A stretch of 64,000 nt of DNA from Candidatus Poribacteria bacterium (GTDB lineage Bacteria > Poribacteria > WGA-4E > WGA-3G), in the NCBI GenBank assembly GCA_007571305.1, contig RKRR01000107.1:5638-69637 (forward strand). Reading direction: 5' to 3'. Below, one piece after another: positions 17,660 to 26,753 of the stretch. The notes under the pieces were generated by a model. It made no database searches, was not told where the DNA came from, and worked only from the letters and a program-made list of their open reading frames with translations. The position numbers and the translations under genes are program-made. The stretch's first letter is position 1; every line of letters begins with the position of its first letter.

Positions 17660-18346
17660 TTAATTTGAATTGTCGTTTGTTTCTGTTTCTGACTTTGGGT
17701 CGTCCTCCAGTTCTCCCGAACTCACCGCTACTTTCAACCACTGGGGTGCATGCCCCTTTACCCAACCGCGAACATTTTCAAGAATCTCCACCTCAGAATT
17801 AGATTCCAGAAACTGTCCAAATAGAACACCGAGTTTCTGAAAGTCCATCTCTCCATAGATGTTCACGAAACTCGTTTCTTTGTCATTAGTGAACATGAGG
17901 AAAATGCCATGCACTATGCCCTGTTCCTCGGCATATAGCAGACTGAGGTCGAATTTGTCCTCGATTTTGACGAGACGTTCCCACTTTTTCGCTTCAAAGA
18001 TCTCTTGATAGTGGTCAATTACGTTCTTGAGATCTTCTGTTTCTTTATTATATGTGCGGATGGCAGCACCGTTCAGCATTTCGATATGCTCTGTCAAAAC
18101 GACCGACTTGTCTCCAGCAAGTTTCAGATGACTACCAGAAGTCATAAAGAGTTTGAAGAAGTCCCTATCCAAGTTAAATGCCATTTTAGGAAGCGGGGCA
18201 TCCGGCACATCCATCTCTATTTTGCCAAACATTACCTCTACTTCTGCTACGTTGTTCGTCTGGGCGAACCCATTACTGAAGGCGCAGCAGGCTGCGAAAA
18301 AAACGACACCCAGTAAAAGAAAAGTGAGGGGGAATCTTTCCATCAA
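17660..18346 (-). CDS. Secreted DUF4252-family protein
   Basis: Signal peptide; MAFNLDRDFFKL, LNGAAIRTY, WERLVKIE, FVNIYGEMD. Confidence 0.65.
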   Translation of the reverse strand: MMERFPLTFLLLGVVFFAACCAFSNGFAQTNNVAEVEVMFGKIEMDVPDAPLPKMAFNLDRDFFKLFMTSGSHLKLAGDKSVVLTEHIEMLNGAAIRTYNKETEDLKNVIDHYQEIFEAKKWERLVKIEDKFDLSLLYAEEQGIVHGIFLMFTNDKETSFVNIYGEMDFQKLGVLFGQFLESNSEVEILENVRGWVKGHAPQWLKVAVSSGELEDDPKSETETNDNSN

Positions 18347-19020
18347 TTTTCTCCTTTTTGGTGGGAGTGTTGACTCTTTTCAGTGTCAGGAACATTTTCG
18401 GGTAACCGGCTAAGGCTCTCCAAACTTCGCCGAATTGCTAATGAAATATTTTCTTTTTGTTTCAACACGCTGCGGGACGCGTTTTCAATCTGAACAAAGG
18501 GACGACCTGAAACTTCATCAATTCGTACATCAGGAAGCTTTTCATTGACAACGGCACCTGTTCTCTCTACCGCGTAGTTTAACTGACTGAGCGCATAGTT
18601 GAGGTCACGGGAGGCTTGCGTTATCCTCACATACTGCTGATACTGGTAGGTACCAAACAAAGCAACACCAATGAGAACTACCAAGGCACCTGCGCGAGTA
18701 AGTCGTGAAGTGATGTAATCCGAGAATGTGAACAACTGGAATATCCGTTGCAGCCATCTCGGTCCCCTGTTGGGATGCGTGCGAACATAAGCCGAAACAG
18801 CGTTGAAAATTTCTGGTGGTGGTTCCGGCATCGGAAGATCGTGTAATGCTTCATCTATTGCTTGTGCGAAGCGAACTTCATTTTGACAAGCCGAACAGAA
18901 CGCAATATGTGCCTTTACTGTCGCATGAATATCTGCATCCAATTCATCGGCGAGATACGCCTCTAAATTGTCCTGAATCTCCATACAAGATGAATCTCGG
19001 TGAAGCGGAAGATCCTTCAT
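18343..19020 (-). CDS. Zinc-binding (ZAS, zf-HC2) transmembrane anti-sigma factor
   Basis: C-x...LEAYLADEL...HIAFCSAC (HxxxCxxC), one TM helix (GALVVLIGVALFGTY); overlaps the sigma stop (ATGA). Confidence 0.85.
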   Translation of the reverse strand: MKDLPLHRDSSCMEIQDNLEAYLADELDADIHATVKAHIAFCSACQNEVRFAQAIDEALHDLPMPEPPPEIFNAVSAYVRTHPNRGPRWLQRIFQLFTFSDYITSRLTRAGALVVLIGVALFGTYQYQQYVRITQASRDLNYALSQLNYAVERTGAVVNEKLPDVRIDEVSGRPFVQIENASRSVLKQKENISLAIRRSLESLSRLPENVPDTEKSQHSHQKGEN

Positions 19021-19550
19021 CTGTTATTCCTCCAATAGGGACGTAGTAACTCCCGCAACCTTTTACGGGCACGGAATACAGTAGATTTTACGGTGCCTTC
19101 GGGTTGCTCTAAAACCTCAGCAATCTCCTTGAAACTCATGCTATTCATCTCCCGCATAACTATCACCGCTCGCATGTCCGGCGGCAATTTACGAATGGCA
19201 CACTGCACTGACTCCTTGAGTTCTTGCTGAAGTACAATCTCCTCTGGCGATGGCTGTGATTGATTGGAGTGTGTGTGCATTAAGGTTTCAAGCTCCGCAT
19301 CATCTCCTTCTGCCAAAGGCACCTGAAATTTGTTCCGCTTTAGCAGATTGAAACAGAGATTCTGCACACATTTTAGCAACCATGAACGGGCTGTCTTCGG
19401 ACGCAATTTGGTGCGGTGTTCCCATCCCTTAATAAATGTCTCCTGCGTTATATCCTCTGCATCTTCTCGATTTCCGAGTAGATAAAGAGCATGTTGGTAG
19501 ACTCGAGCCTTGTGTTCATGAACAAGCTCAAGAAATTCATCTTCAGTCAT
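19017..19550 (-). CDS. ECF RNA polymerase sigma factor (stand-alone)
   Basis: DAEDITQETFIKGW...WLLKCVQNLCFN and SFKEIAEVLEQPEGTVKSTVFRARKRL. Confidence 0.92.
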   Translation of the reverse strand: MTEDEFLELVHEHKARVYQHALYLLGNREDAEDITQETFIKGWEHRTKLRPKTARSWLLKCVQNLCFNLLKRNKFQVPLAEGDDAELETLMHTHSNQSQPSPEEIVLQQELKESVQCAIRKLPPDMRAVIVMREMNSMSFKEIAEVLEQPEGTVKSTVFRARKRLRELLRPYWRNNR

Positions 19551-19663
19551 ATTGCATCTCCGCGCATCTTGAGGTTGTTGTTACTACAAACGAGTTTCAA
19601 AATAGTTGCACTATTTTTATTTAAGATGCTCGGAGGTAGTTTAGGCAGGCCTAACTGAACGTG

Positions 19664-19688
19664 GTAGGTGCGGTTTTTCAACCGCACC
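19664..19688 (+). repeat. GTAG-type REP-like hairpin
   Basis: GTAG followed by perfect stem GGTGCGGTT-TTTC-AACCGCACC. Confidence 0.6.
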
Positions 19689-19747
19689 GAATTATATCAA
19701 GAAAGGGAGGTTCTGTGGTTGGTATAGAGAAGCGAATTTTAAAATTA

Positions 19748-20704
19748 TCACCATTGAAATACTGTCCCTAACACACGCATGGGTTCATCGCGAAGCCATC
19801 TATACATCTGGGGTGCTTCGTCAACACTCACCCGATGTCGGATAAGTGGCGCAATTTTGACAGAACCTTGGCGGAGCAATCGACAGAAATTTTCCAGATC
19901 GTCACAAGTGAAATGGCTGCATTGAAGGATACTGATCTCCTTATGTTGACCGATGTTAAAGGTGTAATTGACATCAAATCGTCCAGCGACTAAGAGCAAA
20001 CGCCCTCGAGGTTTGCAAGCCTGGATCATCGGTGTCACCATATCTGGAACACCAGCGAAATCCATCACAGCATCAAAGGAACCCTCCTGAATTTGAGAAT
20101 CCCATCCATCATCACTTGTATTGAGAATCTCCTCCGCTACACCCAATTCGCGGATCTTTTCCAGTCGAGATTCCTCAATGTCGCATACTGTGACGCGAGC
20201 TCCCATGGCATTGGCGATCTGCGCCGCAAACATACCGATGCAACCTTGTCCGACAATCAGTACTTTTTCTCCGATGCGCGGATCAACACGCCTGCAGCAG
20301 TGCATCGCGACACCAGAGATACCGAAAAGGGCAGCTTCACCAGGGTCAACGTCTTCTGGCAATTTGAGTAAGAGTCCATCTTCTGGAATGATGAACCTTT
20401 CAACATGGTTCACACTGGCATAGATGAGGTCCCCAATCTGAAGTTGTGTTACGTCCGGTCCTGTTTCAATGACTCTGCCTACGTTTTGGTATCCATCAGT
20501 GGTCGGCAACCTGCTATTGGAGGTTGAATAGTTCCCACCGATCAGTTGATTCCGTTCTGTACCGTTCGTAAGTCCCGTGAAGACAGCTTGACACAGCACT
20601 TCGTTTCCAGTAGGTGGTGCTGGCTCTTCCCAATTGGGGACAACAGTTTTCTCACGCCTTTCATCTGGTAATAATTTAACGACAAGTGCTCTCACAATTT
20701 TCAC
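19748..20704 (-). CDS. Zinc-binding alcohol dehydrogenase family (MDR) protein
   Basis: GYQNVGRVIETG, VLIVGQGCIG Rossmann motif, DAVMDFAG; GroES-like N-terminus. Confidence 0.85.
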   Translation of the reverse strand: MKIVRALVVKLLPDERREKTVVPNWEEPAPPTGNEVLCQAVFTGLTNGTERNQLIGGNYSTSNSRLPTTDGYQNVGRVIETGPDVTQLQIGDLIYASVNHVERFIIPEDGLLLKLPEDVDPGEAALFGISGVAMHCCRRVDPRIGEKVLIVGQGCIGMFAAQIANAMGARVTVCDIEESRLEKIRELGVAEEILNTSDDGWDSQIQEGSFDAVMDFAGVPDMVTPMIQACKPRGRLLLVAGRFDVNYTFNIGQHKEISILQCSHFTCDDLENFCRLLRQGSVKIAPLIRHRVSVDEAPQMYRWLRDEPMRVLGTVFQW

Positions 20705-20741
20705 TGCTCCTTAGAGAAATTTAATGTGTGATTCTCTGTTT

Positions 20742-20770
20742 AGACTACCCGAAACGTTTAGATTCGTCAA
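20742..20770 (-). promoter_or_regulatory. sigma70-type promoter of the dehydrogenase (divergent)
   Basis: Minus strand TTGACG, 17 nt, TAGTCT. Confidence 0.55.
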
Positions 20771-20822
20771 GGATTTTCAGAATCTTTGGATGCCATCGTG
20801 CGCGATTTTTGAAAAAAATCTG

Positions 20823-20851
20823 TTGACATAATGTCGAGTTCTTGATATAAT
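20823..20851 (+). promoter_or_regulatory. Consensus sigma70 promoter of the aldolase gene(s)
   Basis: TTGACA (20823-20828), 17 nt, TATAAT (20846-20851). Confidence 0.85.
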
Positions 20852-20937
20852 TTTCTAAACTTATTGCACCAAAATAAGTGGAAAGCGATTGTATCTATTT
20901 TTCATTTTTCACGTTACCTTACCAAGGAGAATTCGCA

Positions 20938-21816
20938 ATGCCGAAACGCGTTAATAAAGCGATTGAATTGTTAGCAGACGATCTGCCTGTCTTCTATACC
21001 GGCAGCCACACGGGCGCGGAGCTGAATTACGACGCGGGCCGCGCGATGGCAAACACTTGGGCAGACTATATCAATGTCGGCATGGAGCATGGAAGTTTCG
21101 ATCTCTCAGGATTGGATAGTTTCATGCGTGGCCTCGCCGATGGCGGTCCCACCAATAGCGGGCACCAAACCCCGGCTGTTATTGTTGAATTGCCTGTGGA
21201 CGGGATCAGTGCAGATGTGATACGCGCCAATGGCTGGCAGATGCGGCAGCTCCTCGCTCGCGGTGTGCACGGCTTGCTACTCTGTCACGCTGAATCCCCA
21301 GAAGCAGTAAAAGCATTTGTTGAAGCGTGCCGTTACCCATTCCAGACTATCGGTGTTGGCACACAATTAGATGTCGGAAGACGTGGTTCCGCAGGGCAAG
21401 GTTCTGCTGCACCTATTTGGGGCATCTCCGCTAACGAATACTTGGATGTCGCTGACCCGTGGCCTCTGAACCCGAACGGTGAACTTCTATTGGGTCTCAA
21501 ATTTGAGAACAAACGAGCCTTAGCGAACGTCGAGATCACAGCGCAGGTACCCGGAATAGCCTTCGCTGAATGGGGTCCCGGTGATATGAGCATGTCATTT
21601 GGATATAAAAATCCACCGAACCCCCGTCCCCAAGAATTGGAAGATGCCCGGAACCGCGTCTTTGACGCATGCAAGGTCTCCGGTATTGCGTTCTTGGAAA
21701 GCACTTCACCTGATACAATTAAGGCAAGCATTGACGCTGGGGTGCGGATCACCGGTGGCGGCGAAGAAGCCGCACGCATCGGACGGGCGTACGCCGGTAG
21801 AACAATGCCTGTCTGA
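20938..21816 (+). CDS. HpcH/HpaI aldolase/citrate-lyase family protein
   Basis: DYINVGMEHG, LLARGVHGLLL, LKFENKRALANV, EWGPGDMSMSFG; AAGGAG RBS before the ATG at 20938. Confidence 0.8.
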   Translation: MPKRVNKAIELLADDLPVFYTGSHTGAELNYDAGRAMANTWADYINVGMEHGSFDLSGLDSFMRGLADGGPTNSGHQTPAVIVELPVDGISADVIRANGWQMRQLLARGVHGLLLCHAESPEAVKAFVEACRYPFQTIGVGTQLDVGRRGSAGQGSAAPIWGISANEYLDVADPWPLNPNGELLLGLKFENKRALANVEITAQVPGIAFAEWGPGDMSMSFGYKNPPNPRPQELEDARNRVFDACKVSGIAFLESTSPDTIKASIDAGVRITGGGEEAARIGRAYAGRTMPV

Positions 21817-22017
21817 AACCTATCCATAGCAGTCAGGATCTACGCAGGATTACGAAATTCTATCCATCGGCCCGTGTTAGGAGCGAGCTCCCCTCGCCCG
21901 ACATCAAAATACAAGCTTGCGACACCGAAGCAAGCGACTCCATAAGGATAGAACATCGGAGTCTGAATTCACGTCGTTCTCCCGTAAGGTAAAATTAAAA
22001 AGAGGAAAATTAGAAAG

Positions 22018-22752
22018 ATGGCATTAACAGAGCAGGAAATGTTGGCGGAATTGCGCAAATATGATACGCCTTCAATCACAAACGTGGTTGCTACCTATCC
22101 TGGGAGTCCTCTCTGCCTTGGACTCTACAACCCATGGACAGAGAATTGGTATACGGATACAACCATTCGTTGTATGTATCCCGAACTTGGAGCCCTTGCC
22201 GGTTATGCGGTGACGTGCGTCTACGGCATCCCGGATCCGAACTATTCGGAAGTCTCCTTCATGGATGTCATTGATGCATTGGATGCCTCCAAGCAACCAA
22301 CAATCTTGGCATTTGAGCAGAAATTTCCACCCGAATTCGCGAATAAGGTGGGTTTAGCAGGTGGGAACATGACGGCGGCAATGAAATCAGTCGGTTGTCT
22401 GGGGGCGATCTCGAATGGTCCGTCGCGTGATATCGACGAAATTCGGCCAATGGAATTCCAGTATCTGTTAAGCGGCATCACACCCGGGCACGGTGCGATG
22501 GCGGTTCAAGCTGTCAATGTGCCTGTCTCAATCGCGGGGATGGATGTCGCACCCGGTGAGATTATTCACATGGACGAGAACGGCGCGTGCAAATTCCCAG
22601 GGGATAAGTTGGAGGCGGTCCTGACGAACGTCAAGGCATTGCTTGAAGAAGAGGGCGACCGGATTGGGAAATTGCTTTCAGGTCCCAAAACGGCAAAACA
22701 GGTCCGGGCGATTTTCAGTGGACATTCCTATGCCGAAGATGACGAAGAGTAG
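22018..22752 (+). CDS. RraA-like / HMG-CHA aldolase family protein
   Basis: LRKYDTPSITN, AGYAVT, GGNMTAAMKSVGCLGAISNGPSRDIDEI, VAPGEIIHMDENG. Confidence 0.85.
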   Translation: MALTEQEMLAELRKYDTPSITNVVATYPGSPLCLGLYNPWTENWYTDTTIRCMYPELGALAGYAVTCVYGIPDPNYSEVSFMDVIDALDASKQPTILAFEQKFPPEFANKVGLAGGNMTAAMKSVGCLGAISNGPSRDIDEIRPMEFQYLLSGITPGHGAMAVQAVNVPVSIAGMDVAPGEIIHMDENGACKFPGDKLEAVLTNVKALLEEEGDRIGKLLSGPKTAKQVRAIFSGHSYAEDDEE

Positions 22753-22792
22753 ATACATTTTGTAACTGGCAAATGCCGTTTTTTAACTGAAG

Positions 22793-22914
22793 CAGGACTT
22801 ACGCGATTTTGACCATCTGACGTTTTGTGAGAGGGAGAACCCGAAAAAACACAGATATTCTCGTGGCACAACCTCATAGGTTCTGCTACAAAAGAGCAGC
22901 ATGCGTAAGTCCTA
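22793..22914. mobile_element. MITE family B, copy 2
   Basis: CAGGACTTACGCG / TGCGTAAGTCCTA ends; colinear with 49748-49868; target duplication degraded (TGAAG / TAGAG). Confidence 0.8.
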
Positions 22915-22950
22915 TAGAGATGATAGCGAAAATAAGGAGGTTACTAAAAA

Positions 22951-23643
22951 ATGAAAAGCAGATTTATGCGTTTGGTAGTATGCGCCATTGGAGTTCTTCT
23001 TATGGCACAATTTGCTACTGCCTTAGACAAAATCGAAGGTCCCTGGTATTGGATGATCACCGAAAGCCCTGCTGGGGGAGGTGGTGCTGCTGTAACAGAT
23101 GAGGACGGTATCGATGAAGCAACAAAAGGGAAATTGACCGAGGAAGATGTCGCAGAACAGGGCATCACAAAGGATATTCTGAAAGTCAAATTTGCCGAAA
23201 ACTACAAATGGACAGAGGGAGAAATTGCTGCAGTCGGCGGAAACAATATCAACGACATGCTTATAAAGATTAAGTTGGGACCCGGCGGCGATGTCAATGA
23301 CCACTGTTCCTACGCTGTAATCAACGCAGTATCAAAAGTCACGAAGAAAGGCGTTGAAGCTCGTGTCGGCAGTGATGACTCCGTTAAAGTCTGGATGAAC
23401 GGTGAAGAAGTTCACAAAAACGCAGTCAACCGCGGTGCTGGCGACTTCCAGGATACATTTGAGGTCGATATAAAGAAAGGCGATAATGTGTTCATGGTTA
23501 AAGTGTGTGAGCGCGGCGGTGGTTGGAGCATGTTCGCCGGTATCGACGCTTCTTTGGAGTACAATCTGGAGTTCAAAGGACTTCCTGTTGAGCCTACCGG
23601 TAAATTAGCAACGCAGTGGGCAGAAATCAAACGTTCTTACTAA
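22951..23643 (+). CDS. Secreted protein with one uncharacterised beta-sandwich-like domain and the conserved C-terminal tail
   Basis: Signal peptide; IEGPWYWMI, VGSDDSVKVWMNG, NRGAGDFQD, ERGGGWSMF; tail VEPTGKLATQWAEIKRSY. Confidence 0.75.
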   Translation: MKSRFMRLVVCAIGVLLMAQFATALDKIEGPWYWMITESPAGGGGAAVTDEDGIDEATKGKLTEEDVAEQGITKDILKVKFAENYKWTEGEIAAVGGNNINDMLIKIKLGPGGDVNDHCSYAVINAVSKVTKKGVEARVGSDDSVKVWMNGEEVHKNAVNRGAGDFQDTFEVDIKKGDNVFMVKVCERGGGWSMFAGIDASLEYNLEFKGLPVEPTGKLATQWAEIKRSY

Positions 23644-23909
23644 ACTGGTATTTTTAGCCGATATTACTGTTCTGGCATCTCGCAATTCGGAACTGTTTTT
23701 ATCGGCTAAAACCCCACAAAGTTTTTTGTGCTTGATTTAATTGTGGTATATTTGTTAAATTCATTTAAAGAGGTTGTCCTATCTCTAATCGTGTCGGGTC
23801 ATATTGCAACCTTGATCCGTGATTGAGGTGCGACCGGACCTGCGGGGACGGGCAACACTAATTTCACTTAGTTTGATTTAAAAGTAAAAAAATTAACTGG
23901 AGGATTTTC

Positions 23910-25133
23910 ATGTATAGAAAATTGTTCACAATTGGGCTTGCATGCCTCATAGCACTCTTTGTCATGGTGCAAGGGGCCGATGCTCAAGATAAAATTACTG
24001 GTCCCTGGCTCTGGATGATTGCCCCGACCGAAGCAGGTCAAGGCGGCGCGGCTGCTACCGATATCGATTCGCTAGCTGAAGCCAGTGGCGGCGATGTTAC
24101 CGAAGAGATGATCGCAAACAACGGTGCCAACGAAGGCGACACAGTCGGTGATTTGGCATGGACACTCGGCGAGATTTCTGAAACCGGTGGCAACAACGTC
24201 AATGATACCGTCACTGACATCGGCTTGGGCGAAGGTGATGTCAACGACCATTCGTCTTATGCGCTCATCACGCTTGAATCTGCCTCTGATCAAGATGGCG
24301 TGGATATGAGAGTCGGTAGTGATGACTCTGTCAAAGTCTGGCTCAACGGTGAAGTGGTTCATACAAATGCCGTTAACCGCGGTGCTGGTGACTTTCAAGA
24401 CACATTCCAAGTGGACATAAAGCAAGGCGATAACCTCTTGCTCGTGAAGGTCAGTGAACGCGGTGGTGGTTGGAGCATGTTCGCCGGTGTCGATGCCGAC
24501 GTGACGGCTGTCTTTAAACCCGCCACTCCCGGTGTCGCTGGGAAAATTACTGGTCCCTGGCTCTGGATGATTGCCCCAACCGAAGCAGGTCAAGGCGGCG
24601 CAAATTCGACTGATATCGACTCACTCGCTGAAGCCAGTGGTGGTGCGGTTACCGAAGATATGGTCGCTACACATGGTGCGCATGCAGGCGATGCTGTCGG
24701 TGATTTGGCATGGACAATCGGTGAGATTTCCGAAACTGGCGGCAACAACGTCAACGATCTCGTCAATGAGATTGGATTAGGTGAAGGCGATGTCAACGAT
24801 CATTCGGTTTATGGTATAGTTATCCTTAACGCCGAGGAAGATCAGAGTGGTGTTCCGGCGAAAGTCGGTAGTGATGACTCTGTCAAAGTCTGGCTCAACG
24901 GTGAAGTGGTTCATACAAATGCTGTGAACCGCGGTGCTGGTGATTTCCAAGATGATTTCAAAGTGAACCTCGTCGCGGGTCCGAATATCCTGATGGTGAA
25001 GGTCAGTGAACGCGGCGGTGGTTGGAGTCTTTTCGCTGGTGTCGGTGGCACATGGAGTATCGGCGATACTTTCGTTTCTGTCGAACCTGCGGGGAAGCTC
25101 TTCACAACTTGGGGTAGCCTGAAAGCCAAGTAA
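23910..25133 (+). CDS. Secreted protein with two tandem copies of the same domain and the conserved C-terminal tail
   Basis: Signal peptide; 184-aa internal repeat; tail VEPAGKLFTTWGSLKAK; GGAGG RBS. Confidence 0.8.
   Translation: MYRKLFTIGLACLIALFVMVQGADAQDKITGPWLWMIAPTEAGQGGAAATDIDSLAEASGGDVTEEMIANNGANEGDTVGDLAWTLGEISETGGNNVNDTVTDIGLGEGDVNDHSSYALITLESASDQDGVDMRVGSDDSVKVWLNGEVVHTNAVNRGAGDFQDTFQVDIKQGDNLLLVKVSERGGGWSMFAGVDADVTAVFKPATPGVAGKITGPWLWMIAPTEAGQGGANSTDIDSLAEASGGAVTEDMVATHGAHAGDAVGDLAWTIGEISETGGNNVNDLVNEIGLGEGDVNDHSVYGIVILNAEEDQSGVPAKVGSDDSVKVWLNGEVVHTNAVNRGAGDFQDDFKVNLVAGPNILMVKVSERGGGWSLFAGVGGTWSIGDTFVSVEPAGKLFTTWGSLKAK
23991..25050 (+). repeat. Intragenic tandem duplication, 552-bp period
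   Basis: AAAATTACTGGTCCCTGGCTCTGGATGATTGCCCC at 23991 and 24543; GTCGGTAGTGATGACTCTGTCAAAGTCTGGCTCAACGGTGAAGTGGTTCATACAAATGC identical in both units. Confidence 0.9.
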
Positions 25134-25189
25134 GATTTGGTCTTATCAGATATAGGATAGATTTTAGAATTACGTTGACAAGCGGCATC

Positions 25190-25213
25190 GGCGAGGTTTC
25201 TAACCTCGCCTAC
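25190..25213 (-). repeat. GTAG-type REP-like hairpin
   Basis: Minus strand GTAG followed by stem GGCGAGGTT-AGA-AACCTCGCC. Confidence 0.6.
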
Positions 25214-25383
25214 CGCGATAGGGTGTATGTTTGGGATTGGGTCTCCCGACTCCCTACGAAGACTTTTCATATATTTTTAGAATTTTTACCATAGGATGGA
25301 GTTTGGTGATTTCCAATATCGCGATGCGAATCATACCTACCGAAATTAAATAAAAATAGATAGAAACTGAAACAGGATAAAAA

Positions 25384-26661
25384 ATGGATAACGTCTTTGA
25401 AGCCTTAAATGAGCGGGGGTTTATCAAACAGACCACAAACGTTGAACAGGTCGCTCGCTTGTTAGGTGAAGAGCAGGTCACCTACTATGTCGGCTTTGAT
25501 CCGACAGCACCGAGTCTGCATGTAGGGAGTCTTGTCCCCATAATGGCGATGGCACACCTGCAACGCGCCGGGCACAAACCGCTCGCAATTATCGGGGGCG
25601 GCACGACGATGATTGGTGACCCAACAGACAAAACTGAAATGCGTCCGATGTTGTCGCAGGAGCAAATTTCGGCGAATGGCAAAAGCATCCTTATGCAATT
25701 GCAACGCTACTTAAATCTTGATGATGGAATAGCAAATAACGAGAGATCCCAGACTGCATCAAAAGCGGGAAAATTTCTCAACAACGCTGACTGGTTGCTG
25801 TCTGTAAATTACATCGAATTTCTACGCGATATTGGCAAACACTTCCGGGTTAATGAGATGATTAAGGCAGAAGGCTATCGGCAACGTCTTGAACGCGAAC
25901 TCGGTCTCTCATTTCTGGAATTCAATTATCAACTCCTTCAAGCATACGACTACTTGTGTCTTTTTCAGAAGTACGGGTGCCGTCTCCAACTCGGTGGGGA
26001 CGACCAGTGGGGTAATATTCTTGCTGGTGTTGAGCTCGTCCGTCGAGTTGAAGGCGAACGTGTTCACGCAGTCACTTTTCCACTTCTCACTACGGCAAGC
26101 GGCGCGAAGATGGGAAAAACCGCAGGCGGTGCAGTTTGGCTTGATGCTGAGCGGACATCACCATACGAATTCTATCAATACTGGATTAACGTGGACGACC
26201 GAGATGTCTCACGATTCTTAGCATATTTCACTTTCCTTCCAATGGAGGAGATTCGACAACTCAGTAATTTGGAAGATGAAGCAATTCGGGAGGCGAAGAC
26301 AGTCCTCGCGTACGAATCGACAAAACTTGCTCACGGAAAAACAGAAGCGGACAAAGCCCAAGCAGCCTCACGTGCTGCGTTTGGTGGTGGAAACCTTGAT
26401 GCAGCCGCGATGCCGACTTCGGTTATCACACCAGAACGACTTGACAGCGGGATTCCAATCATGGAGTTGTTCCATGAGGTTGGATTGGCAAATTCACGCA
26501 GCGAAGCTCGACGGCTTGTTCAGCAGGGCGGTGCCTACATTAACGAAAAACAGTACCGTGCGATAGATATAGTCGTTGGTAGCGACTTGCTTGAGAAAAA
26601 TGCTCTGCTTCTCCGTGCGGGCAAGAAACGTTATCATAGAATTGTTTTAAAAGAGAATTAA
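25384..26661 (+). CDS. tyrS: Tyrosine--tRNA ligase
   Basis: YVGFDPTAPSLHVGS (HIGH), QLLQAYDY, LGGDDQWGNI, KMGKT (KMSKS), C-terminal S4-like domain. Confidence 0.97.
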   Translation: MDNVFEALNERGFIKQTTNVEQVARLLGEEQVTYYVGFDPTAPSLHVGSLVPIMAMAHLQRAGHKPLAIIGGGTTMIGDPTDKTEMRPMLSQEQISANGKSILMQLQRYLNLDDGIANNERSQTASKAGKFLNNADWLLSVNYIEFLRDIGKHFRVNEMIKAEGYRQRLERELGLSFLEFNYQLLQAYDYLCLFQKYGCRLQLGGDDQWGNILAGVELVRRVEGERVHAVTFPLLTTASGAKMGKTAGGAVWLDAERTSPYEFYQYWINVDDRDVSRFLAYFTFLPMEEIRQLSNLEDEAIREAKTVLAYESTKLAHGKTEADKAQAASRAAFGGGNLDAAAMPTSVITPERLDSGIPIMELFHEVGLANSRSEARRLVQQGGAYINEKQYRAIDIVVGSDLLEKNALLLRAGKKRYHRIVLKEN

Positions 26662-26753
26662 TACTAACCACGAAATTTCATCACTAGCACATTATTATAA
26701 AACGGCTATCAGTGTATTTTTCCATAAGTACCGATAACCAGAGAGGTATGAGT

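Noticed and set aside
25134-25383. T-box leader for tyrS
   Set aside because: No T-box consensus or antiterminator; the region holds only REP-like hairpins and AT-rich sequence.
26662-26753. Cobalamin riboswitch upstream of nrdJ
   Set aside because: Only 92 bp of spacer and no B12-box.
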